Shown here: in pieces, positions 1-10,153 of the stretch | Layout of the letters: each line of letters begins with the position of its first letter | Position numbering within the stretch: position 1 is the first letter of the stretch | NCBI GenBank assembly: GCA_018398765.1 | Contig: JAHBMJ010000525.1 | Location: forward strand, 1 to 45,170 | Direction of reading: 5' to 3' | Length of the DNA: 45,170 nt | From: Chromera velia | Lineage: Eukaryota | Notes under the pieces: model-generated | Seen by the model: the letters and a program-made list of their open reading frames with translations, nothing else | The model's database searches: none | What the model was told of the DNA's origin: nothing | Translations under genes and position numbers: made by a program

Positions 1-346
1 AAAAGGTCATCCCCCTCCTCATTATCATGGTTAAAATAAGATAGAATTTCATAAAAATGATATTATCTATTCACTAGTTTTTTTTCATCATTTTTTTTCT
101 TGTAAAATATATTGATTGAATGAATGGGAGTCAGTTGATTCAACTTCTGAGTATTTATAGACTTGTGTAGGATTTTTTGTTTGTCCATGTACAATATATA
201 GAAAAAAATATAAACTCATAAAAAAAAAGTAAAATATGACTAAAATATGAATTTTTTATAATATTTTATAATATTTAGTCATATTTACTAAAAGTTTTAT
301 AGGGTAGTATTGTTAACTAGGTTGTTCACCAGTTGTGTGGCTATTA

Positions 347-1235
347 CAGTGAAACTATAGTGTGACACAATTTAAATTATGACATAATACCCTATATACT
401 ACTATAATACTAGTACTAGTGACACAAATAATTGTATAACAATAAGTGTGATGAAATATAGTTAGGATAACTTGCGTGTGATGAAATTATTAGACAAAAA
501 CTTCAATTCAAGTGATCCTAGACTTTCAAAGTGACTTAAAGTCTTCACAGTCATTAAAGTTTAGACTGCCGCAGTGTTTTTCTACATTCACTCACCCTGG
601 CACTCACCTTACTGAGTCACTCACGTCACTCATTCACTCACTCACTCACTTACTCAGTCACTCACCGACTCACTCACTCACAAACTCAGTCACTCACTCA
701 GTCACCCTCATTTACTCACTCACTCACTCATTCACCCATCTTACTCACTCTCTCATGCACTCACTCACTCACAGTGACTTACTCACTCACTCACTCACTG
801 ATTTACCTTACTCCTTCACTCACCCACTCACTCACCCCTGACCCACTCATCTCAGTCACTCACTCTTAGACTCACTCACTCACTCACTGACTTACCTCAC
901 TCCCTCACTCACCCACTCACGGACAACGTACCCCATGACATGGGTTAAGCCGCGCCCTAGGCCGCGCCAAACACCATAAACACGCATCCCCGCCCTGCTA
1001 GCTCTGGCGACAGATAGACATAGTGGGAAGGCCCTAGGGTGGAATATATCAATTAATCAATCAATCAATCAATGAATCTACAACTATTTTTTTTATATAT
1101 AAGTATGATTTAATTGAATCAGTCAAAAGTTCTTAAAATCATAATTATTCAAAGTTGTGTCACAAATCATTGTGACACAAAAAGTTCTAGCTAGGGTTCT
1201 AGAAATGTTCATTGTGAGACACTATAGTTCCAGTG
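347..1235. mobile_element. Non-autonomous Tc1/mariner-pogo-like MITE (~889 bp)
   Basis: 25-bp inverted ends: 347-371 CAGTGAAACTATAGTGTGACACAAT versus reverse complement of 1211-1235 CACTGGAACTATAGTGTCTCACAAT (21/25). TA flanks both sides (345-346, 1236-1237). Subterminal GTGACACAA / TTGTGTCAC motifs repeat near both ends. No transposase ORF. Confidence 0.65.
587..920 (+). repeat. Degenerate (TCAC)n microsatellite inside the MITE
   Basis: Runs of cactcactcact; these explain the spurious His/Ser/Thr ORF 512-841. Confidence 0.9.
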
Positions 1236-2123
1236 TAGTGGCTGTTGTACGACTCTTGTGGAAGCAGAAAAGAAAAAAATAAAAATTTTAAAGAAAAAAC
1301 CTAACTTAAATCGTCCATTTTTTTTTCCCCTCTCGATTTTTCTCTAGATTTTTCAAATTCTTTCTCTATAAATATCTGACGCCTAGCTACGCCTAGAGAC
1401 CCCCCTCACTGTATTGCATGGCGGCAGGTGATGTGTCAACGTGGGTAGCCGCTGAGGCGGGTATGTTCGTTGTATGTGAATCAACTTACCTTTTCTATAC
1501 CTCAGCCGTAAGACAAGCGTTCTCGCGTTAAACGATTGCTGATTTCGCCCTCTGTGCATTAAATTCCTCAAACGTCCCTGATCTCTCTTTTTCTCTCTCT
1601 CTCTCTTTCAGAGACTATCTCCTATTCGCCAGCTCGATCTCTTCTCCCGATTCTGCTTCTCCCCCAACCCCAACCGAACGAGCCGCTACTTCTCAAATCC
1701 GCTCAGCCGTCTCCCCCGTCTCCTCCCACACGTTGTCCGCGTCCGAGACAAGAGGTAAGCCACAGGAACGAGGGGGGCAGCTGGATTGAAGCCTCGACAG
1801 TCCGCGCACACCTGCATAGTCCGTCAATCCGCTTGGTCGATTCGAAGATAGGTGCATGCAGTCGAAATAGACGTTGGGGGGAGGTGCTTGGCGGTAAAGG
1901 AAGTAAATGAGTGGAAGGAACTTAAGGGAACAAGAGGATATAGGGCGGGATGGTCCGATGGAGATTGGTGACACGTTGGTTTGAGGAATCCAGACATCGA
2001 CCCAGCGATCATGCATGGCTGCGTGAGAATGAAAAAAAAAGGGCGGACAGACAGACAAACAGACCTTCCTTCCTGTCCCTTTTTCTCCCCTCCTTCTTTC
2101 TCTTCCTATTCTTCTTTGTCCTT

Positions 2124-2163
2124 CTGCGCGCGCGCGTGTGTGTATGTGTGCGTGCGTGCGTGC

Positions 2164-2200
<37 letters not shown>

Positions 2201-2244
2201 TGCGTATGTGTGCCCGCGTGTATGTTCGCGCGTGAGAGAGAGAG
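2124..2244 (+). repeat. Compound (CG)/(TG)/(TGCG)/(GA) microsatellite
   Basis: Directly visible dinucleotide and tetranucleotide runs. Confidence 0.9.
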
Positions 2245-3299
2245 GTGTGGAGGGGGAATGGAGACCGTCTCGAACCTTTTTTCTTTCCCCTTTTCTCTCT
2301 TTCTTTCCTTCTTTCGCTCTATCCCTTCCTTGCTTTTTTCTTTCCTTCTTTCTCTCTTGTCTTTCTCCTTCTGCTTTCTCTTTTTCTTTCTCCTTTCCGG
2401 TTTCGTTCCCCCCATTTTTCCTCCTTCCCTCCCTTCCTTCCTTCCTCCCTTCCTTGCACCAATTGGCAGCTTGACCTCCTCTCCTACCTCTTTTTTCCCT
2501 GCCTTCATCACCGCTGATTGGTCTTCAGGCTGCCCACTCTTCTGCTCACCACCTGCATGCTTTTGACCTCTTCCTTTCATCCGCCCTCTCGCACAAAGAG
2601 AGCAAGCTGAGTGGCTGACCTTCTCTTTGAAAATGTGGAGGAACGCCAGAACCATAATCATGACGAAGCCGAAGAAGAAGCGACAGGGAGAAGCCCGTCA
2701 CCTCTCCTCTCCTCTCATCTCCTCTTATCCCATCTGGTTTCGTCCCACTACTGACACTTGCTTACGGATGCCCTGATCCCTCCAGCTCCTCTCCTCTCAG
2801 TCACGCAATCCTCATCAACGCACCCGCACTCTCTCATGCTCCTGCAGCCGGTGCAATCAAAACACAGCAACATAAACAAACAGAAGGGGGAGGGAACGGG
2901 AAGAGAGGGAAGTGAGGAGCAGGGACAGGGCACTGGTGGTATCGGGTCAACTGCGCCTTCAAGGAAAAAGAGCCAACCCTCCATGCATGCACTCGCTACA
3001 GGCAACACCCGCGGAAAGGCACTCAAACAGCAATCAACTGAAGGATGGATGAAAGAAAGCGAAAGAGTTTGTACCGATCAAATTAAGAGAGAGTGTTTGC
3101 CTGCCATGTCCATCGAGAGTTCACAGAAAGGATTTCGTTTCCTTCCCTTCTGGTATGTCTGCACCCTTTAAATTCAACAAGCGCCTGTCGATCGAACTTC
3201 TCAATCCATCAGTCTCCGACCAGACTGGCCTCCCAAGAGTGCGTATGAGGAGGGAAAAAATAACAACTTGAAGACACAAAAACAAGAAAAGATGAGGAG

Positions 3300-3628
3300 A
3301 AAAGAGATTTAATCTCTCAAATCTCCTCACTCCCATCCAAAAAGAAAAGAAAGCAACAAAAAAAGAAAAGAGAAGAGACTTGATCTCCCAAATCCCCTCA
3401 CTCCCAACCAAAAAGAAAAGAAAACAAAAAAAAAAGAAAAGAAGAGAAGAGACTTGATCTCACAAATCCCCTCACTCCCATCCAAAAAGAAAAGAAAACA
3501 ACAAAAAAAGAAAAGAAGAGACCTGATCTCTCAAACCCCCTCACTCCCATCCAAAAGCAAAAGAGAACAACAAAAGAAGAAAAAAGAAAAGCAGAGATTT
3601 GATTTCTCAAATCTCTTCACTCCCATCC
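3300..3628 (+). repeat. Degenerate minisatellite, 5 units of ~70-75 bp
   Basis: A core of AGAGAYTTGATCTCTCAAAYCCCCTCACTCCCATCC followed by an A-rich spacer recurs at ~3304, 3375, 3449, 3517 and 3593. Confidence 0.85.
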
Positions 3629-4119
3629 GTGTGCACTCTTTATTACTGAGACCATGATCTTACTCGATCGTCTGGTGGGAGATGGTTCGTTCGTTCGTTC
3701 ACACCGTCAGTCAATTCAGTGCAGACATGTCAGACATTCGTCCCCATGTACAACAATTGCTGGACACCCGGCCCCACCCCTCCTTTCAAGGGCTCTCACG
3801 AATCTCACAAAAGCAACGCGTGTGCATGTATTCAAGCGGGGGTCAGCGTTCCCATGCCCTCAATCACTCACCATTAGGCAGGATCCCTCGACCACCACAA
3901 AGCTGCAAAAGCGCTCCCGTAGACTCTGCACCTTCAGCCTCAAGACGAAGGAAAACGATCAACCGATCGATGGAAGGAAACAGAGACCCACGCCGATGGA
4001 GGCCGATGGAAACTCTCTCTCCATCTGTCTGTCCGTCCCGATCTCTCGACTCGATCCCCGCACGTGCAGAATCAATTCATCCATCGATCATCCTCCTCGC
4101 AATTGTCTGCAGGAATGAC

Positions 4120-4120
<1 letters not shown>

Positions 4121-4162
<42 letters not shown>

Positions 4163-4201
4163 ACACATACACACACACACATACACACACACACACACAC
4201 A
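4121..4201 (+). repeat. (CA)n microsatellite
   Basis: Direct observation. Confidence 0.95.
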
Positions 4202-5444
4202 TAATGAGAAAGAGGAAAGAAGGGTGCTGAATTAAAATTGACTGAGTTTGACAGAAGAAGTGACCAATGCTTGCTTTCCTTCTGTCCACTGAAGACCCCG
4301 AACCCCTCTCTGCTTTTCAGCTGTGAATCTATCCATCAATCATGCATCTTCCCAACCGTCCGTCTCATGAACCCGTTCACCGACATCCTTATCCATTCTT
4401 CCCTCCACCAAATGAATGCAAACAGCACGGTCACACATTGCTGTGGATACTTCCGATTTTACAGAAAAGGGAGCAACTTGCCTGCAACAGTGTACGTGCG
4501 ATTCTTTTTCTTTCTCTTCCTTTCTCCTCCTTTCTTTCCGCCCTTCCTTCCCTCGCTTCCGTCCCTCTTTTCTTCTCCTCTTCCTTGCTATCCCTCTTCT
4601 CCTTTTCCTTCTTTCTCTTCCTGTTTTTCTTTGTCCATCTGCATACGCGTATGTGTGCGCGCGCACGCATTTGTGTGCGTGTGGGTTTATGTGTGTGTGN
4701 GGAGAGAGAGAGAGAGAGAGAGAGAGAGGCATGTGGATAGTCTTTCTGCCATTCCATTATTCAGCTCATTCCTCCGTTCTTTCGCTTGGCTCAGTTCTCT
4801 AACCACACGCAAAGAAAAAGAAGCACTGATGAATCGAACCACAGAAGGCAGAACAATCTCAACGAACACGTGCACCATCAACGTCCGACAACCCCAAACA
4901 ACAAACGGAGAAATCCTGCGTGGAGTGATCGATCTCCAACCATCAGATACAAACGCACCGGACCTGTGCAAGTAAGCAAAGAGCTGCCGCCACAAGAACA
5001 TTCTTTCCTGAAAGGGAGGAGGGGCTAGCAAAGGAGTCGAGGTGACCTTCCAACTGGCCCTCCAAGTTCTAAGATCGACTTTCGAGCAACGGACAAAAGC
5101 TTGCAGTGGCGAGCAAATGGAGAAATCCAAAGAACACCTTGCCTCTCCTCTCCGTGTTTCCCTCCTTATCTGGAGACAACCACCAAGAGAACGTATGTAG
5201 CAGCCGGAAACAGCAACGGCCCAACAACAAAGGTGACCCAAAACAATGGGAAGATATACGCGTTGGTAGGCACAGAGCAAAAAGACTTTCCTTCCCCTCA
5301 CACTGCCTGTGATTCATTGCCGGTGACATGTGGATACGTAAAGATCAGGCTTGTGTAGATGTCTTACGGACCAGTCCTAGATGGTCGAAGCGGACATTGA
5401 AAGATCGAGAGATAATCGAATCTCAAATTGCAGGATTGTTGGAC

Positions 5445-5600
5445 ATTCAATGCCCGGGGCGCGCGGTCCCGCGTGCAACCGGCGCTGCCATGCATGCAAC
5501 CGCCCCGCGGCCGCGGCTCGCGGATCTTTCTTGCATTCGCGACAATTCGCAGTATACAGCTAAAAAAGCTGCAGATAGCTGCAGTATACGGCTGCCAGAT
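5445..5600. promoter_or_regulatory. GC-rich, palindrome-rich upstream element with CATGCATGCA (candidate promoter)
   Basis: CCCGGG, GCGCGC, CCGCGGCCGCGG and CATGCATGCA cluster ~450 bp upstream of the ATG at 5989. Confidence 0.35.
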
Positions 5601-5988
5601 GCTGCCAGGTCGAGCACTGAGACTCAGTGCTCTGACTAGCTATTAATATCTCTGACTGTGAGTCTGAATGACAGTGCCAACTCAGGCAGTCTTGGCAGGA
5701 AGAACGTGCACTAGCTAGTGATTGAATTGCAGGTGAGGAGAGGGATTCGCAGACGTCCCTCTTGCAGACCCGTTCTGTGTTCCTGAACGGATCGAGATCA
5801 TTTGATTAATAATTTGCAGGGACAGTCGGGGCGTGAAGAAATAAAATCGCAGCTGCAGACCTTCAAGAACAGTCTGCGTGCTGTGTGTTTCGTGTTCAAC
5901 CTGACGGGAGGATATGTGGTCCGTGTGAGCTGAAGGCATTGGACGTTTCGGTAGGAAAGAAAAAAGTGAGGAAAGGAGAGGAGACGCA

Positions 5989-6594
5989 ATGATCTGGGGA
6001 ATCTACAGAACGGTGCTTGTGGGGGTCTACCTTGCCGTCGTCTCGGATTCTGTCTTCTTCGGTGAGCTTTATCCCCTTCACACAACCTGCTTTTCTCACA
6101 ATTCGAGTTGTCCATTGACTCGCTGCGTTCCTTTTCTCTTCTACCTTCACTTCAGCTTCGCCTTTCCGTCTCCATCTGTTGCCTCTATTTTTCTCTCTGT
6201 CGCTTGGCGTCTCTGCCTGTTGCCTGCCTCTGCGCACCACCCAGACCGTTTGTTCTCGCTTTCCTTGTCATAGTCGTCCTACCTGCGCGGCCGACGTTGC
6301 CTTTTCTGGTCGCATTCGTACATTACCGATCTTCCGCTTTCGTTTTCTGGATATTTCAGTCTGGTTGAGTGCACGGCCACCTTCAAAGTTACTTAACTGG
6401 TCATCTCTGTGTTGTACTCTGAAGGTTGTTGAAGGAGAAAATCGTGTTCTAATTTTTGTGTGTAATTTGAAATTCTCATCTTGGAGGCTGGACTGAAAAC
6501 TTTTTATCTTTTTTGAGGAAGGACTGGGGTACTGCAGAGACTTGTTTCAAAGTCTTCACAGTCAGCAGAAACGTTTTCTTTCTTTTTTATCTTT

Positions 6595-6658
<64 letters not shown>

Positions 6659-8805
6659 TTCTTTCTTTCTTTCTCTCTTTCTTTCTCTCTCTCTTTCTTT
6701 CTTTCTTTCTTTTCTTTCTTTCTTTTCTTTTCTTTTCTTTTCTTTTCTTTCTTTTCTTTCTTTTCTTTCTTTTCTTTCTTTTCTTTTCTTTCTTTTCTTT
6801 CTTTCTTTCTTTCTTTTCTTTCTTTCTTTCTTTTTGTGCAGGGTGGGCTGCGAGCCTGTCTGCTTCCACGGGCCGAAAGGGGTCGAGACAGAAAGAAGAC
6901 GACGCGAATGTTCCGATTTTCGTCCTGCCCCCAAAGAGCTTATCCTCAAAAGCACGACAAGCATCCCTCGAAGAGTCCCCCAGTGTCCCCCCGTCTCCAC
7001 TGCCCCCCATTATCGACAGTCCGCCAACAGCAGAACCTCTCCCGTTTGAGGTCGACAAGCTGAACAAAGACATTGCAACACTCAGAGAGGATATCCTCGA
7101 AGGGGCAACCAGTGCGAGAAGGTTGGGGAAGCACGTGGAGGATGCGATCGAGTTTGTGTTCGCAGCTTCTGAGAAACGCATTCAGAAGTTGCGGGACTAC
7201 TTTCATCGCTTCGTTAACGAGCACTGCAGGAACCCGCCTTTGGAACTCGTCAATCTCTGTGAGTCTGTCCCTCAGCCAAAAGAGTAGATCGCTTTTTTTT
7301 TGTTTCTTTTGTTGGTGTCTCGTGTTGACTTCTCTGGTGCAATAAATCTGTTTGTCTGGATTTCGGTCGTGTCGGTGTCAGTGGCGTCAGTGAGGAGAAG
7401 AGAGCACTAGGCTTGTCTGTATGCATGCTTTACTGATTGTCTTGTGAGAAATGCAAAAAAGCAGAGGCAGAGCAAGAGATGCAGGTCGTGTGATTGTCTA
7501 CTTATCTTTTTGGGATGGGACTTTCGTTGGAAGTTGGAAGGAACTTCAGGCTCCGTGGTGACCTTTTGGAGTCTCCCTTCTTGCACGTTGATCACCAAGA
7601 AAGCCCGGCTGGAAAACTTTGAACCAGTCTGCTGTTTTTTTGTTTCTTTTCTCTTCGTTTTGCGAAGAGAGGGGGGCGGGAGGGGAAAGCTTTCTCAGGG
7701 AGACTTTGCGCGGTTCTTTTTGTCTTTCACCAAATTCCCGTCGCTTTATTCTCTTTCCCTCCGTCGGTTTCTCTATCTCTCTTTCTCGTTATCTGTCCGT
7801 CCGTTCGTCCATCCGTCCTCGTTCTCGTGTGTGTGTGTATGTGTGTGTGTGTCTATGTCTGCATGTATGAGTGTGTATGTGTATTGTCTCTCCCTTCTTG
7901 CAGCTCGGCATGTCGACGAGAAGCTGGACTCTTCCCACCTGAGCGTGGAGGAATTCAGACACGGCCACGGCCACAAAGCCCAGCAGCCAAAGTTGAGGCT
8001 GCAGCTCGGTGGGCCAGAGCCCGAGTCAGAAAGCCCGGCTCAGCATCCTGTGTCGTCCCCCGAAGACCCCTCGATGTCCCTCTCTGGGGGGTTGAGGGCG
8101 AAGAGCAAGGCGAAGGGGAGGGGGAAGGACCCAGGGGACTCGTCTGAGTGGGACGAGACTCAGGATGAGTTGATGTCGTCTTTCGAGACGATGATGGGGT
8201 CCTTCAAGGCAACCGCTCTCTCTGCCGTGGACTTCGAGAAGAATGTGGATCAGACGATCCAGACGGCCTTCAGGATCCTCACAGATCACTTTGAGGAAGT
8301 GGAGGCATCGTTGCGACAGTACATTCGAAACCATTGTGTGCCAAAGTGAGGTGTTGTGTGGTGTGTTCAGGGAAGGGGACAGGGGAAAGAGGGGGCGAAG
8401 GGGGGGGGGGCGTTCTTCAGGAAATTAAGGGTAGGGTGGAGAGAAAGGAAGGGAGACTGCTGGAGGAACAACAGGGAGCGAGGACACGACAGCATCATGT
8501 TGTGTAAAAGGAAGCTGGCAGAGGGGGAAGTGAATGAGGTTGTTTGGGTTTTGAGGAATGACGGTCGATCCGGAGTTTCACTCACAAGCCCGCATTGCGT
8601 TCTCCTTTCTTCCCTCTCTCCACGCAGACGCTTCCTGTTTGTGCTGTCTTACAGCATCACGCACTTTAGTCACGCACTCAGACGCGCGTGCAGCCAGTGC
8701 CACCCACATAATGATGCAAACGCCAATAGACCGGGTCTGACAGCGGACCAAAAAGACATTGCAGGCAGCCCCTTTCCAAAACTATTCAAAAGTCTAAGAA
8801 TTTAA
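5989..8805 (+). CDS. Hypothetical, probably secreted protein with two internal ~45-aa helical repeats
   Basis: Phase-consistent GT-AG exons 5989-6061 (MIWGIYRTVLVGVYLAVVSDSVFFG, hydrophobic N-terminus), 6842-7258 and 7904-8349 (stop; 311 aa). Alternatively, donor GTGAGG after 8345 splices in phase to 8628 or 8655, with stop at 8805. Confidence 0.7.
6575..6835 (+). repeat. ~260-bp (CTTT)n/(CTTTT)n polypyrimidine tract at the end of intron 1
   Basis: Direct observation; runs into the acceptor TGCAG at 6837-6841. Confidence 0.95.
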
Positions 8806-9168
8806 GTCTTAATTGGCAGTTTGTGCCAGCTTCTATATCTAATAATAGGGTGTTTGCCAAATCCTCGAACAAGAGGCCTTACAACAAATGGTTACTACCA
8901 TTACTAGCACTGTTACCTGGAAATTAAAAATTGCTGCTTATACATCATCGATTACAAATCTCGTTACAAATTGTAACCCAAATTGCATGCCAACTTGACA
9001 GCATTGGCTGAGCTTCCATAAGATTTTCTCCGGCCATAAAAAAAAAATAAATAAATAAATTGGATATACACTGTGATTCTACAAAATTGAATTAATCTTA
9101 TTAATAAGCCTTCTGTGCAGCCTTGAAGTGTGTCATTCATCTTTGAATTTAATTTTATTCATTTCTTT

Positions 9169-9418
9169 AAAATCCCGTAAAATCCCGTAAAATCCCATAT
9201 AATCACAAAAACTCCTAGGAAGAGACTAGGATTTTAGCTTTCTTCCAGGATTTTAGATTCTAAAATCCTAGGTATAGGGATTATATTTTTAACGTTAAGA
9301 GTCCGGCAGAATCCTGGGCAAAATCCGCCAAAATCCGCTAAAATCCTGGCCAAAATCCCATAAAATCCGCTAAAATCCTGGGCTAAATTAAAATCCCGTA
9401 AAATCCTGGCTACCTGCA
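9169..9418. repeat. Array of short AAAATCC(C/G/T) motifs in both orientations
   Basis: More than 10 copies such as AAAATCCCGT, AAAATCCGCT and AAAATCCTGG, with inverted GGATTTT at ~9229 and ~9247, inside an AT-rich island. Confidence 0.75.
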
Positions 9419-10153
9419 GGGTAGAGAACTACGATTACTGTTCCTTGTTCATGTAAACGTTTTTATACCTCCGCCCCCTGGACCCCCCCTTAATTTATTT
9501 AGAAATATATTCCTGAATACATTCTTGATTATATTACTTTTAGAGTGAGTAACCAATGAATATAAATATATTTTGTAATTAAATACCTTTGTTTATTATT
9601 TATAGTTATAGTTGTCTAACTTATATCTAGCTAGTTACTAATCTACTTTAGTGTACTTCTATAGGTCTACTTCTATCTTTTAGTTTAGCTTTTAGTATAG
9701 CATAGCATTGCCTTTTGACAGTAAAAGATATCATCATATATGTATGAATTTTAACTTTATAACGTCTTTGTTCTTGTTTAAACTGAAAACTAGACTAAAA
9801 AAAAAGTTTGTAATAAAGCTAGTTAGCTAGCTGATTAATTTCTAAATTAATTTAACAATCGAATCTAAAACTCTAGCTTAAACCAAGCTATATTTAATTT
9901 TACCTGATTAAACAAGTTTTAAAAAGGTCTTTTGATATATTTTATGTTAGAATTTGTAACCATGCAGTAATCCATACCTACTATGCAGTTTCATTACTCC
10001 TGCATTAGAGTTAGTGTATGGCTTTCAAGTTTACTACTAATAGTTAGATCTACTGGACGGAATCCGATCGACGGATTGAATTAAGGCGTTACCCTCTAGG
10101 TATGACCTGTAAACTAGCACTCAGGCATCCCTTTTAAACTTCTGACTGGTCCT

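Larger units (their letters stand above)
2505..5330 (-). other. Possible small multi-exon gene with a hydrophobic segment; structure unresolved
   Basis: Exon-like pieces with splice signals on the minus strand: ~5007-4964 KNVLVAAALCLLAQ|gt; ~2680-2620 FFFGFVMIMVLAFLHIFKEK|gtcagc joining ag|VVSRRVGSLKTNQR* (~2552-2508). I could not build one phase-consistent model. Confidence 0.25.

Noticed and set aside
512..2661. Long ORFs rich in HT/CV/ER/SL dipeptides (also at 4.1-4.7, 6.5-7.0, 16.2-16.8, 29.0-29.8 and 42.1-42.7 kb)
   Set aside because: They are translations of (CA)n, (GA)n, (CTTT)n and (TCAC)n microsatellites that lack stop codons; not genes.
3300..3628. CRISPR-like repeat/spacer pattern
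   Set aside because: The spacers are mutually similar A-rich runs, the repeats are degenerate, there are no cas genes, and the context is eukaryotic.
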